Below the pieces are notes generated by a model. That model worked only from the letters and a program-made list of their open reading frames with translations. It searched no databases and had not been told where the DNA came from. DNA of 63,727 bases, the filler included. It is 4 parts of 4 records of this genome, joined end to end, with 100 filler letters (N's around TTAATTAATTAA, not from the genome) between each part and the next. Parts side by side here need not be neighbours in the genome. Positions count along the whole stretch, not along the records: positions 1 to 19,947 come from SRR20825006_2879; positions 20,048 to 34,006 come from SRR20825006_2881; 2 more parts are not named here. One strand, written 5' to 3'. Both the position numbers and the translations under genes were made by a program. Positions 10,145 to 20,660 of the stretch are shown piece after piece. Positions within the stretch are counted from its first letter, which is position 1. Each line of letters begins with the position of its first letter.

Positions 10145-11774
10145 TCTCAGAACGCTATTTATTTTCGGCCTGCTTATCGTTTCTCTGCTGTTATGGGAAG
10201 CCTGGCAGACCGATTATGTCCGTCCTCAGCAACAAGCCGTCGAATCAGCGGATAACACCGTTAGCGGTGCGCCTGCAGAGGCTGAAGCCGACCTTCCGGA
10301 TTTACCGGCACAGACCGCGAAATCACTTCCGGATGTACCTACCACGCCAGAAGCCGGTGCCTTGACTGAAAAAGTCCATGTCAAAACCGATGTGATGGAT
10401 TTGAAAATCAGTACTCAGGGCGGTGATATTCGGGAGTTGGCCTTACTTGAGTACGCAGTCAGCTCGGATCAACCCAACACACCGGTCCAGTTTCTTAACG
10501 ACACGGCCAGTCATTTTTTCGTCACCCAGTCTGGACTGCGGGCAGAAGGCGATGCACCGACGCACTATGCGGAATACCGCGCTGAAGATCAGGAATATGT
10601 ACTGCGGGATGGTCAGGATGAAATCAAGGTCCCACTCTACTGGCAGAATGATGCGGGTCTGCAGGTCATTAAAACCTATACCTTCAAACGTGACAGCTAT
10701 CTGGTGGAGGTTGATTACCAGGTCATCAATGAGACCGCTGACGGTTTTTCGGCTTACCCTTATGCACAGCTGAACCGCAACCGCAGTGATGATGGTTCCA
10801 TGTTCATTTACACCTATACCGGTGCGGTCTTCTCCAGTGAAGGCAATGAATATCAGAAAGTCGATTTCGATGAGTTGGAAGAAGCGCCATACAACCGCAG
10901 CGTGAATAACGGCTGGGCGGCCATGATCCAGCATTACTTTGTCGGTGCCATTGTGCCGCCACAGGAAGCCGAGCTTGGCTTTTATGGACGTTCCATCAAT
11001 AACAGTAACTATGTCGCCGGTGTCCGGATGCCGGTGATTAGCGCTGAAGCCGGCCAGCAGGCGCAGGCTGATTACGAACTTTACCTCGGCCCGAAAAAAC
11101 ATGAACGTCTGGAACAGGTTGCTGAAAATCTGCCTTTGACGGTCGATTACGGCATTCTCACTATTATTTCTGAACCGCTGTTCTGGGTGATGGAATGGCT
11201 GCACAAGCTCACCGGTAACTGGGGCTGGTCGATCGTGCTGCTGACCGTGCTGATCAAACTGGCTTTTTTCAAGTTGTCGGCGAAGAGTTACCGTTCCATG
11301 GCCGGCATGCGTAAATTGACACCGAAACTGGCTCAGTTGAAAGAGCGCTATGGCGACGACAAGCAGAAATTCAATCAGGCGATGATGGATCTGTACCGCA
11401 CCGAGAAGATCAATCCGCTCGGTGGCTGTCTTCCCATCCTGGTACAGATGCCGGTATTCCTGGCGTTTTACTGGGTGCTGGTTGAGAGTATCGAACTGCG
11501 GCAGGCGGACTTTATGCTGTGGATTAATGACCTGACCGCGATGGATCCTTATTTTGTGCTGCCCGTATTGTTCGGTCTGTCGATGTGGTTCCAGCAGAAG
11601 CTGAATCCGGCACCGCAGGATCCGGCACAGGCGATGATGATGAAGATCTTCCCGTTGGTGTTCACCGTCTTTTTCGCCTTCTTCCCGGCCGGTCTGGTGC
11701 TTTACTGGCTGGTGAATAACCTGCTGTCGATTGCCCAGCAGTGGTACATCACCCGTAAGATGGGCGCGCTCTAA
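10137..11774 (+). CDS. yidC: Membrane protein insertase YidC
   Basis: N-terminal TM and periplasmic domain; [33 protein letters not shown]. Confidence 0.98.
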   Translation: MDNLRTLFIFGLLIVSLLLWEAWQTDYVRPQQQAVESADNTVSGAPAEAEADLPDLPAQTAKSLPDVPTTPEAGALTEKVHVKTDVMDLKISTQGGDIRELALLEYAVSSDQPNTPVQFLNDTASHFFVTQSGLRAEGDAPTHYAEYRAEDQEYVLRDGQDEIKVPLYWQNDAGLQVIKTYTFKRDSYLVEVDYQVINETADGFSAYPYAQLNRNRSDDGSMFIYTYTGAVFSSEGNEYQKVDFDELEEAPYNRSVNNGWAAMIQHYFVGAIVPPQEAELGFYGRSINNSNYVAGVRMPVISAEAGQQAQADYELYLGPKKHERLEQVAENLPLTVDYGILTIISEPLFWVMEWLHKLTGNWGWSIVLLTVLIKLAFFKLSAKSYRSMAGMRKLTPKLAQLKERYGDDKQKFNQAMMDLYRTEKINPLGGCLPILVQMPVFLAFYWVLVESIELRQADFMLWINDLTAMDPYFVLPVLFGLSMWFQQKLNPAPQDPAQAMMMKIFPLVFTVFFAFFPAGLVLYWLVNNLLSIAQQWYITRKMGAL

Positions 11775-11780
11775 GCCGGT

Positions 11781-13124
11781 ATGGAAACGATAGTCGCAGT
11801 CGCCACCGCGCCCGGGCGCGGTGGCGTGGGCGTGGTCAGAATTTCAGGCAAACAGGCCGCAGAAATCGTCCAGGCTATCTGCGGCAAATTACCGCCAGCG
11901 CGTTATGCGCAGTTCACCCATTTCCGTGACAAAACAGGGGAGCTCATCGACAGCGGCATCGCCCTGTATTTCCCCGGTCCGGCTTCGTTCACCGGTGAAG
12001 ATGTAGTTGAACTTCAGGGTCATGGCAGTCCGCTGGTGATGGATCAGCTATGCCAGCGTGTCATAGAGTTGGGTGGCCGTATGGCGCGTCCTGGCGAGTT
12101 CTCTGAACGCGCTTTTCTCAATAACAAAATGGATCTGGCGCAGGCAGAAGCTGTGGCCGATCTGATCGAAAGCTCGACCGAGCAGGCTGCGCGCAGCGCG
12201 GTTCGCTCACTGCAGGGCGATTTCTCCAAACGCATTAATGCTTTTCTGGAAGAACTGACACATCTGCGGATGTACGTCGAAGCGTCGATCGATTTTGCCG
12301 ATGAAGAAATCGATTTTCTGGCCGAAGCGCAGGTCGATCAGCAGTTACAGGATTTGCTTAAAACACTGGATGGCATTACCGGCAGCGCCCGGCAGGGGCG
12401 ATTGCTGCGTGAAGGCATCAGCGTGGTACTGGCTGGTCAACCCAATGCCGGTAAGTCGAGTTTACACAATCAACTGGCCGGGCATGACGCGGCCATTGTC
12501 ACCGATGTCGCCGGTACCACCCGTGACGTGTTGCGGGAACAGATTCATCTGCAGGGCATGCCGCTGCGCATTTCCGACACTGCCGGGCTGCACGAAGCCA
12601 CAAATGATGTGGTGGAACTGGAAGGCATACGCCGCACCCAGAACGAACTGGCGCAGGCCGATCATATTCTGCTGATTATCGATGACGGTCATGGTATGAC
12701 AGTGCAGGATCGGAAAATCCTGGAAGAGATGCCCGCCGATAAACCGCTCACCGTGATTCGCAACAAGATTGATCGCAGTGGGCATGCAGCCACTGAAACC
12801 GTGGAAGACGGCAAGCCGACGATTTTCCTGTCGGCAAAAACCGGTGAGGGCATGGAACTGCTGCGACAGCACCTGTATCAGGCGGTAGGCTTCCATCCGG
12901 AGGAAGAGGGTGTCTTCATAGCCCGCCGTCGTCATCTGGATGCCCTCTCACGTGCCCGTCAGGCGATTGTGAACGGCTATGACTGTCTGGCTGGCATGGG
13001 GGCCGGCGAACTGCTGGCCGAGGAGCTGCGGCAGGCCCAGAATGCGCTGGGCGAAATCACCGGCACGTTCACCACCGAAGACCTGCTCGATCATATTTTC
13101 TCCAGCTTCTGCATCGGTAAGTAA
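11781..13124 (+). CDS. mnmE: tRNA modification GTPase MnmE (TrmE)
   Basis: [31 protein letters not shown] and C-terminal FCIGK. Confidence 0.98.
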   Translation: METIVAVATAPGRGGVGVVRISGKQAAEIVQAICGKLPPARYAQFTHFRDKTGELIDSGIALYFPGPASFTGEDVVELQGHGSPLVMDQLCQRVIELGGRMARPGEFSERAFLNNKMDLAQAEAVADLIESSTEQAARSAVRSLQGDFSKRINAFLEELTHLRMYVEASIDFADEEIDFLAEAQVDQQLQDLLKTLDGITGSARQGRLLREGISVVLAGQPNAGKSSLHNQLAGHDAAIVTDVAGTTRDVLREQIHLQGMPLRISDTAGLHEATNDVVELEGIRRTQNELAQADHILLIIDDGHGMTVQDRKILEEMPADKPLTVIRNKIDRSGHAATETVEDGKPTIFLSAKTGEGMELLRQHLYQAVGFHPEEEGVFIARRRHLDALSRARQAIVNGYDCLAGMGAGELLAEELRQAQNALGEITGTFTTEDLLDHIFSSFCIGK

Positions 13125-13155
13125 TTTCCTTCTGTTGCTGATAAACCGACGAGGT

Positions 13156-13191
13156 TTGACACTGTCAATCAACTGACATAAGTTCAGTCAG
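13156..13191 (+). promoter_or_regulatory. Sigma70 promoter TTGACA-N17-TAAGTT overlapped by two inverted repeats
   Basis: Palindrome TTGACA-C-TGTCAA (13156-13168) covers the -35; CTGAC-N9-GTCAG (13173-13191) brackets the -10. Confidence 0.55.
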
Positions 13192-13212
13192 AACTTGCCT
13201 TAGGAAATCTTT

Positions 13213-14565
13213 ATGGAAACGCTGTCGCAATGGGTCTCCACCCTGTCAGGTTGGGTCTGGGGTCCGCCGATGCTAATCCTGCTGGTCGGTACCGGTGTCT
13301 ATCTCACCATTATTCTCAAAGGCTTACAGTTCCGGGCGCTGGGGCATGCTTTCCGACTGGTATTGGATAAGGACCTTAAAGGTCACGGCGATATCAGTCA
13401 TTTTGCTGCGCTGACTACAGCGCTGGCAGCCACCGTCGGGATCGGCAATATCGTCGGTGTGGCGACGGCCATCACTTTGGGTGGCCCCGGGGCCGTATTC
13501 TGGATGTGGGTCACCGGCCTGGTCGGTATGGCCACCAAGTATGCCGAAGCGCTGCTGGCGGTGAAATATCGGGAACAGGGTGAGAATGGCATGCGCGGTG
13601 GCCCGATGTACTACATCTCCAAGGGTGCCGGCCTGCCCTGGCTGGGCTGGCTGTTCGCGGTCTTCACTGCCTGTGCTGCTTTTGGCATCGGTAATATGAC
13701 CCAGGCCAATTCGGCAGCAGCCGTGCTCAATGAAGTTTTCGGCATGGCCGACTGGTTGACCGGCGCGATTCTGATGATACTGACCGGCCTGGTATTGATT
13801 GGTGGTATCCGTACTATCGGTCGCTTCACTTCCATGTTGGTGCCTTTCATGATCGTGGCTTATCTGGGAACGGCACTGGTTGTGATTGCGCTGAATGCCA
13901 GTGAGGTGCCGGCCGCTTTTGGTCTGATTTTCTGGCATGCCTTTAATCCGATTGCCGCCGGTGGCGGTTTCGCCGGTGCGGCAGTCGCGGCGGCGATTCG
14001 TTACGGTGTGGCCCGTGGGGTCTTTTCCAATGAGTCGGGGCTGGGTTCCGCACCTATCGCTGCCGCTGCCGCCAGGACCGGCGATCCCGTTAAACAGGCC
14101 CTGGTGTCGATGACCCAGACTTTCATCGACACGCTGGTTGTCTGCACGGCAACCGCGCTGGTAATCCTGACCGCTGATGTCTGGCGCGAAGGCGTCAGTG
14201 CCGGTATTCTGACCAGCCTCAGTTTTGCCCAGACGCTGGGACAGACAGGGACCATCATCGTAGCTGTCTCTACGGCTTTGTTTGCTTTTTCGACCCTGAT
14301 AGGCTGGAGCTATTACGGTGAGAAAGCGGTGGAATATCTGATAAACGAGCGGGCCATTATCGTCTTCCGGGTGGTTTTTGTGCTGATGGTGATGGTCGGT
14401 GCCACCCGCGAACTCAGTTTTGTCTGGAATTTCTCTGACTTGATGAACGGCCTGATGGCGATTCCCAACCTGATTGGTATCCTGTTGCTGTCAGGTATTG
14501 TGAGGCAGGAGAGCCGGCGCTACTTTGCCATATCGCCGGGTGAGGATCGTCAAAACATCACATAA
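13213..14565 (+). CDS. Alanine/glycine:cation symporter (AGCS family)
   Basis: ATVGIGNIVGVA, GGPGAVFWMW, GGPMYYI, RGVFSNESGLGSAP, LMAIPNL. Confidence 0.95.
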   Translation: METLSQWVSTLSGWVWGPPMLILLVGTGVYLTIILKGLQFRALGHAFRLVLDKDLKGHGDISHFAALTTALAATVGIGNIVGVATAITLGGPGAVFWMWVTGLVGMATKYAEALLAVKYREQGENGMRGGPMYYISKGAGLPWLGWLFAVFTACAAFGIGNMTQANSAAAVLNEVFGMADWLTGAILMILTGLVLIGGIRTIGRFTSMLVPFMIVAYLGTALVVIALNASEVPAAFGLIFWHAFNPIAAGGGFAGAAVAAAIRYGVARGVFSNESGLGSAPIAAAAARTGDPVKQALVSMTQTFIDTLVVCTATALVILTADVWREGVSAGILTSLSFAQTLGQTGTIIVAVSTALFAFSTLIGWSYYGEKAVEYLINERAIIVFRVVFVLMVMVGATRELSFVWNFSDLMNGLMAIPNLIGILLLSGIVRQESRRYFAISPGEDRQNIT

Positions 14566-14606
14566 GCCAAGTAAGCTGAACGCTTTGACCGCCGACAGGA
14601 GTGTTA

Positions 14607-15560
14607 ATGTTACGTCTGTATCAGATTGAACATGGATTGATTCAGGAAATACCGCTGGAAGAAGCGCGTCTGGAAAGCCAGTTGCTGGAGGCTGACTGGA
14701 TCGATGCGCTGGAACCGGATGAGCAAGAGCGGGCGCTGCTGGCCCGATTGTTCAGTGATGAGTTACCTGATGTGGATGATGTCGAGGAAATTGAAGCCTC
14801 GGCACGCTGTTTCACCGATCAGGACGGCCTGCATCTGCATACCCTGTTTCTGGGCATGGCGGAAGGCCGCCATCATACCGTCTCAGTCGCCTTTGTCCTG
14901 CAGCCCAAGCGCTTGATAGCAATTCGTGACGGTGAACTGAGCGATTTCAGGCTGTTGCGGATGCGGGCCCGCCGCGGCCAGGTCAGCTGTGAAACACCAA
15001 CGGAATTATTGGTCACCCTGTTCGAGCAGAAAGTGGAAAACCACGCCGATAATATTGAGGATATTCATCACCAGTTAGAGCGTGTCAGTCATTCGGTACT
15101 TGAGGATGAAGCCGCCGATCTGGAAACCGCTATCAGCCAACTGGCCAGGCTGGAAGACAGTAACGGTAAAATCCGCCTTTGTCTGATGGATACCCAGCGC
15201 GATATTTCCTTCATGCTGCGACATTTACGTGACCCATCGCAACAGCGCGATACGCTGTATGAAATCGGTCGCGACCTGGAAACGCTTATGACCCATACCA
15301 GTTTTCTGTTCGATAAAATCAATTTTCTGATGGATTCGACCCAGGGCTTTATCAATATCCGCCAGGCCCAGATCATTAAAACCTTTTCCATTGCGGCGGT
15401 CGTGTTTCTGCCACCGACACTGATTGCCAGTATTTACGGCATGAACTTTCAGTTCATGCCTGAACTGGACTGGCGCTTCGGCTATCCGCTGGCTATCGGA
15501 CTGATGGTGGCCGCGGGCATGGCCCCGTATTTTTATTTCAAACGTAAAGGCTGGCTCTAA
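14607..15560 (+). CDS. corA: Magnesium/cobalt transporter CorA
   Basis: YGMNF signature between two C-terminal TMs; MPELDW; KRKGWL end; RBS AGGAG before ATG 14607. Confidence 0.96.
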   Translation: MLRLYQIEHGLIQEIPLEEARLESQLLEADWIDALEPDEQERALLARLFSDELPDVDDVEEIEASARCFTDQDGLHLHTLFLGMAEGRHHTVSVAFVLQPKRLIAIRDGELSDFRLLRMRARRGQVSCETPTELLVTLFEQKVENHADNIEDIHHQLERVSHSVLEDEAADLETAISQLARLEDSNGKIRLCLMDTQRDISFMLRHLRDPSQQRDTLYEIGRDLETLMTHTSFLFDKINFLMDSTQGFINIRQAQIIKTFSIAAVVFLPPTLIASIYGMNFQFMPELDWRFGYPLAIGLMVAAGMAPYFYFKRKGWL

Positions 15561-15599
15561 TAAGCAGTCTGATAAAAAGCTGTAAAACAGGAGAGCACA

Positions 15600-16154
15600 A
15601 TGAGCAGACATTTCGACCAGGCTGAGGGTCTGACCGAGCACCATGATCCCGCGACCCACGATTTTGTGTTTAACCAGACCATGTTCCGGATCAAAGATCC
15701 CAAACGCACGCTTAAGTTTTACAGTGATGTGATGGGCATGACACTGGTCAAACGCTTTGATTTTCCGGCGATGGAATTCACGCTGTATTTTATGGCGGCC
15801 TTATCACCGGAACAGGCGAAAGCGATTTCAGAAGATAACGATGAGCGGATTAAACAGACCTTTGCCATGCCGGCCATGCTGGAACTGACCCATAACTGGG
15901 GGGATGAAGATAAGGATGACGTCAGTTATCACAATGGCAACAGTGACCCGCGCGGTTTCGGTCATATCGGTTTTGCGGTGCCTGATATCGATGCCGCCTG
16001 TGAACGTTTCGAAAAAATGGGTGTGCCATTTGTTAAGAAGCCCAACGACGGCAAAATGAAGGGCATTGCCTTTATTCAGGACCCGGATGGTTACTGGATA
16101 GAGATATTCACACCGGAACGTCAGCCCGGCTTATTGAAAGAACATCTGGCTTGA
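15600..16154 (+). CDS. gloA: Lactoylglutathione lyase (glyoxalase I), long Zn2+-class type
   Basis: [43 protein letters not shown]. Confidence 0.95.
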   Translation: MSRHFDQAEGLTEHHDPATHDFVFNQTMFRIKDPKRTLKFYSDVMGMTLVKRFDFPAMEFTLYFMAALSPEQAKAISEDNDERIKQTFAMPAMLELTHNWGDEDKDDVSYHNGNSDPRGFGHIGFAVPDIDAACERFEKMGVPFVKKPNDGKMKGIAFIQDPDGYWIEIFTPERQPGLLKEHLA

Positions 16155-16163
16155 TAAGTCACT

Positions 16164-16195
16164 CATAAAAAAAGGGGCTCAAGGCCCCTTTTATG
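16164..16195. terminator. Bidirectional intrinsic terminator
   Basis: CATAAAAAAAGGGGC-TCAAG-GCCCCTTTTATG between convergent gloA and the PLDc_N gene, with A- and T-tracts on either side. Confidence 0.85.
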
Positions 16196-16209
16196 GATTG
16201 CTTTCAGGT

Positions 16210-16389
16210 TTATTTTGGTCCGAGGAAGAACCAGATAATCAGTCCGATGACCGGGAACAACAAAATGATAAGTATCCACAAGGCTTTTGCCCCGGCGCCT
16301 GCCGGACTGCCTGCGACTTGAATAATGGCCCAGATGACAATAATCAACCAGATAAGGCCAAGTAATCCACCTCCAATACCTAATTCCAT
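16210..16389 (-). CDS. Small PLDc N-terminal-domain membrane protein (59 aa)
   Basis: Below the ORF-track cutoff. Manual translation: MELGIGGGLLGLIWLIIVIWAIIQVAGSPAGAGAKALWILIILLFPVIGLIIWFFLGPK. The KxxW...PxxG..w...G pattern fits PLDc_N; strong RBS AGGAGAG. Confidence 0.85.
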   Translation of the reverse strand: MELGIGGGLLGLIWLIIVIWAIIQVAGSPAGAGAKALWILIILLFPVIGLIIWFFLGPK

Positions 16390-16461
16390 CTTTCTCTCCT
16401 TGTCGTTGTGAATTTCAACTTAACCTTAAAGTAAATATTCCAGTAAAACAAACTGTTGAGT

Positions 16462-17868
16462 TCACATTTCAGGAAAAGAGCTATACAAGCCGCCACCCAG
16501 GGCTTTGTATAATGTCAGTTGATTGCGCAGTCGCTGCAGATCAATGCTGATGAGATCCAGCTTGCTGTTGATGGCGCTGCGCTGGGCATCGAGTACATCC
16601 AGATAGCTGTCAACACCGGCATCGAAGCGTGAGCGGGCAAGCTCAAGGCTGCGTTCACTGGCCCTGGTCAGATCCTGTTGCGCCTGTAACTGATCATCCA
16701 GTGTGATCCTGGCTTCCATCTCATCACGAACCTCTTTAAAGGCCTGTTGAATGACCTGCTGATAGTTCGCAATATTGATATCTTTCTGCAGTTCCGCCAC
16801 ATCAAGGTTGGCCTGATTCACCCCCCAGTCGAGTAAAGGCAGGGTGAACTGTGGTGCTATTTGCCATTGCCGGCTGCCAGTCTCCGTCAACTGCGCTGGC
16901 GTCGTTCCGGCCAGGCCCAGACTGGCGGTCAGGCTTATCCGGGGAAAGAAGGCGGCGCGGGCTGCACCGATATCAGCATTGGCAGACTTGATCTGATGCT
17001 CAGCCTGCTGCACATCCGGACGTTGCAGCAATACCTCAGACGAGAGATCTGTCGGCAGATCCCGTAACTGACCAGTAGTTTGCCAGTCAGTCTGCCACGC
17101 CGATTTATCCAGACTCTGTCCGGTCAGTAATTGCAGGGTAGTGAAGAACTGATTGGCCTGCTGCCGGGATTGTGCTTCCAAGATCCGTGCTTCATGGACG
17201 GCGGTTTCCGCTTGTCGTAACTCCAACTCGGAAGCAAGACCGTTATCAAAACGTTTGCGAATCAGCTGATAAGTTTCCTCGCGCGCCTGACGGGTATCTG
17301 CGGCAAGGGCAGCTTGTGCCTGTGTGGCCTGCCAACTGAACCAGCTGTCGGCGACTTCGGCAATCAGACTAAGCTGGGCACTGTCACGCCCAGCGCGGCT
17401 GGCAAAATATTGTTGCAATGCAGACTGGGACAGACTGTCAATACGGCCGAAGAAGTCGATTTCCCAGCTGGTGATTCCCAGTCCGACACTGTACTGCTCG
17501 TTGATACCACCCCTATCGAGGAAGCTCAGAGATTCCGGCGTACGGCTGCGGCTGGCTTCGCCCTGAGCATCAACGGCTGGCAGGCGTGCTGCACGCTGAA
17601 TCTGATATTGCTGCTGTAGTTGCTGGACACTGAGTGAGGCGATCTTCAGCTCCTGGTTATGCGTCAGCGCCATCTCAATCAGTTCTTGCAACGTTTCATT
17701 CTGATAAAACTGCTGCCAGCCCAGTTCGGCGACCGGGGGGGATTCTGCCTCGGCATTGTCATCAAGAACAATAGCCGGCTCCGGTCGCTCGTAATCCGGG
17801 ATCATCGAGCAGGCCGAGACTGTCATCATCAGCCCCAATACAGCCAGTTTTCTGATGACGGTAATCAT
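16462..17868 (-). CDS. Efflux outer-membrane lipoprotein (OprM/NodT family)
   Basis: Lipobox [42 protein letters not shown]; overlaps the RND gene stop. Confidence 0.95.
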   Translation of the reverse strand: MITVIRKLAVLGLMMTVSACSMIPDYERPEPAIVLDDNAEAESPPVAELGWQQFYQNETLQELIEMALTHNQELKIASLSVQQLQQQYQIQRAARLPAVDAQGEASRSRTPESLSFLDRGGINEQYSVGLGITSWEIDFFGRIDSLSQSALQQYFASRAGRDSAQLSLIAEVADSWFSWQATQAQAALAADTRQAREETYQLIRKRFDNGLASELELRQAETAVHEARILEAQSRQQANQFFTTLQLLTGQSLDKSAWQTDWQTTGQLRDLPTDLSSEVLLQRPDVQQAEHQIKSANADIGAARAAFFPRISLTASLGLAGTTPAQLTETGSRQWQIAPQFTLPLLDWGVNQANLDVAELQKDINIANYQQVIQQAFKEVRDEMEARITLDDQLQAQQDLTRASERSLELARSRFDAGVDSYLDVLDAQRSAINSKLDLISIDLQRLRNQLTLYKALGGGLYSSFPEM

Positions 17869-19947
17869 GCTTGTGCCTCCTCCTCAGCAGTTTTGTCGCT
17901 TTTCCTGTTGCCACTGATGCGTTCAGCCAGGCTGAATACCACGACAAAAAAGACCGGGATAAAGAATACGGCCAGCACTGTGGCAGTAAAAATGCCGCCG
18001 AAGACACCCGTGCCAATGGCATTCTGACTGGCGGAGCCGGCACCGGAGGCAAGCATCAGTGGCGTCACGCCCAGCATAAAGGCCAGTGATGTCATCAGGA
18101 TAGGCCGCAACCGCATCCGGACGGCTTCCAGTGTTGCCTTGGACAGGCTCATGCCATCTTCGTAAAGGGACTTGGCAAACTCGACAATCAGAATGGCATT
18201 TTTTGAGGACAGGCCAATGGTCGTGAGCAGGCCCACCTGGAAAAAGACATCATTGGACAGGCCTCTGAGCAAAGCAAAAATGACCGCACCCAATACGCCA
18301 AGTGGCACGACCAGCATCACCGAGAACGGCACCGACCAGCTTTCATAAAGCGCTGCCAGACAGAGGAAGACAACCAGAATCGACAAGGCATAGAGCAGGG
18401 GAGCCTGATCGCCGGACTGCCGTTCCTGCAAAGACAAACCGGTCCACTGAAAACCGATGCCTTCCGGCAACTGGGCCACCAGTTGCTCCATAGCCAGCAT
18501 GGCATCACCCGAGCTGACGCCGGGGGCTCCTTCCCCCTGAATATTGACTGAGGAAACACCGTTATAGCGTTCCAGCCTGGGTGAACCATAAATCCAGCGT
18601 CCGTCAGTCAGCGAGGCCAGAGAAACCATCTCATTATTGTCATTACGCACATACCACTCGCCGACATCATTGGGCATCATTCTGTAGGGGGCATCGCCCT
18701 GGACATAAACCCGTTTGATGCGGCCATTATCAATGAAGTCGTTCACATATCGAGATGCCCAGGCGGTGGTGAAGGTGTTGTTGATATCGGCAAGTTCTAC
18801 ACCGAAGGCGGCAGCCTTGGTGTGATCGACATCGAGTTTGAACTGCGGGGTATCATCCTGACCATTATGCCGAACCCCCGTAAGCCGTGGCTCCTGCGCC
18901 GCCATTTGCAGCAATTGATTACGGGCATCCAATAAAGCCTGGTGACCAAGGCCCCCCAGATCCTGTAATTGCATATCAAAGCCGCTGGCATTACCCAGCT
19001 CACGGATCGGGGGTGGTGCTATTGCAAAAGCGACCGCGTTCTTCAAACTGGCAAAATAGGCATTAGCCCTGGCTGCGACCTGTTGCACATGCTGCTCCGG
19101 CTCGTTGCGTTCGTCCCAGTCTTCCATACTGATAAAAGCCAGTCCGTTGTTCTGACCGCGACCACCGAAGCTGAAACCAATCACCGAAAATACCGACTCG
19201 ACGTTGCCTTTCTCCTGCTCCAGGTAATAGTCCTCGACTTTGTTCATGACCTCAATCGAGCGCTCCATGGATGCATTCGGTGGCAGTACCATCTGGCTGA
19301 ACATCAGGCCCTGATCCTCCTCAGGCAGAAACGAGCCCGGCAGACGGGTAAACAGTACCGCCAGCACTGCCACAATAACCACATAGATCAGCATATAGCG
19401 GCCGCTACGGCCGATCATATGTTCGACGCTGCTCTGGTAACGGTTGGTAGCACGGTTGAAGGTCCTGTTAAACCAACCGAAAAAGCCTTTGCGTTCGTAG
19501 TGTTCTTCGTCGGTGGGTTTGAGAAAAGCAGCACAAAGCGCGGGTGTCAAAGTCAGCGCAATCAGTACTGACAGGGCCATGGCGGAGACAACGGCAATTG
19601 AGAACTGACGATAGATAACGCCGGTAGAACCGCCGAAAAAAGCCATCGGTATAAATACTGCCGACAAAACCAGGGCAATACCTACCAGGGCGCCGGTAAT
19701 CTGGTCCATCGACTTACGCGTCGCCTCCCGCGGAGAGAGCCGGTCTTCGTGCATCACCCGTTCGACATTCTCTACCACCACAATGGCATCATCGACCAGC
19801 AGGCCGATGGCCAGCACCATGGCGAACATGGTCAGGGTATTGATGGAAAAGCCGAAGGCATAAAGAATCGCAAAGGTGCCGAGCAGGACAATCGGTACCG
19901 TAATCGTCGGAATGAGCGTGGCCCGGAAGTTCTGCAAAAACAGATAC
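17865..19947 (-). CDS. HAE1 RND efflux transporter (AcrB/MexB-like), 5' end truncated at the contig end
   Basis: Frame is open to the gap ([13 protein letters not shown]); proton-relay motifs [33 protein letters not shown]. Confidence 0.96.
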
Positions 19948-20047
19948 NNNNNNNNNNNNNNNNNNNNNNNNNNNNNNNNNNNNNNNNNNNNTTAATTAAT
20001 TAANNNNNNNNNNNNNNNNNNNNNNNNNNNNNNNNNNNNNNNNNNNN
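19948..20047. other. Artificial contig spacer (44 N + TTAATTAATTAA + 44 N)
   Basis: Exactly 100 nt with stops in all six frames; base composition and taxonomy change across it. Confidence 0.98.
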
Positions 20048-20075
20048 CATCAACCATCAACCATCAACCATCAAC
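20048..20075. repeat. Heptamer tandem repeat (CATCAAC)x4 at the contig edge
   Basis: Four perfect copies run from the contig start to the DoxX stop codon. Confidence 0.9.
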
Positions 20076-20455
20076 TACTTTCTGTCAACCGAATACTTTC
20101 CAGCTCCTAAAAGTGCAATTGCGCTAAAAGCCATTAAATAAAGTAGTGCCATTTCCTTAGTTCCTAATGGGTCTGCTCCGTGAACAATAAAAGCCGCAAC
20201 AGCCATTGTAATTATCACTGGTATGGCAGCCAATCTGGTTTTGAAGCCTATAAGAATGAGAATAGGGAAAAGCACTTCGCAAAGAACTGCCAAAATTAAT
20301 GTGGCTGTTTCGCCTATACCTATTGGATCTCCAAAAGAAAAATCTCCAGAAAACATTTTTAGAAGCTTTGGAATTCCGTGTGTAAGCATCATTCCGCTAA
20401 AACCTACTCGAAGTAAAAGCAACCCAATATTTGAAGTGTTTGCGCTATTCATCAA
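20075..20455 (-). CDS. DoxX family membrane protein
   Basis: GLLLLRVGFSGMMLTHGIPKL, LIGFKTRLAA, GAGKYSVD. Confidence 0.9.
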   Translation of the reverse strand: MMNSANTSNIGLLLLRVGFSGMMLTHGIPKLLKMFSGDFSFGDPIGIGETATLILAVLCEVLFPILILIGFKTRLAAIPVIITMAVAAFIVHGADPLGTKEMALLYLMAFSAIALLGAGKYSVDRK

Positions 20456-20577
20456 TTTAATTTTTAAAAATTATAAAACGAAAATAATCAAATTATTTTT
20501 ATGAAATAGGTTTGGTAACTCTCTGTTTACAATTCCGTAAAATCAAGGCCGTGTCCTACTTGTTTTTTAAAGAGATT

Positions 20578-20605
20578 CTTCATTTAAGCTTAAAGTTGAC
20601 TTAAA
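20578..20605 (+). promoter_or_regulatory. Three direct repeats with an 11-bp period (CTTCAT/CTTAAA/CTTAAA), Pho-box-like
   Basis: Repeats start at 20578, 20589 and 20600, upstream of the phosphatase-like gene; an 11-bp period is typical of OmpR/PhoB-family sites. Confidence 0.35.
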
Positions 20606-20660
20606 ACAATTCGCTTCTTCGTAGACTACTTTAGCGGAAAATTTATAACTATAAATACTA

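Noticed and set aside
13125..13212. Glycine riboswitch upstream of the AGCS symporter
   Set aside because: The spacer is only 88 nt, is mostly promoter, and lacks the GGAGA...CCGAAG...CTCTCAGG core.
16272..16280. GTATCCACA, one mismatch from a DnaA box
   Set aside because: Single copy inside a coding sequence, far from any cluster or DUE.
991..19571. Many long alternative-frame ORFs in contig A (e.g. 991-1803, 1901-2569, 10443-11204, 13324-13938, 18969-19571)
   Set aside because: All overlap well-supported genes and are expected shadows in GC-rich coding DNA.
19992..20003. TTAATTAATTAA palindrome repeated three times in the window
   Set aside because: Synthetic six-frame-stop linker inside N runs; not an att site, CtrA box or genomic repeat.
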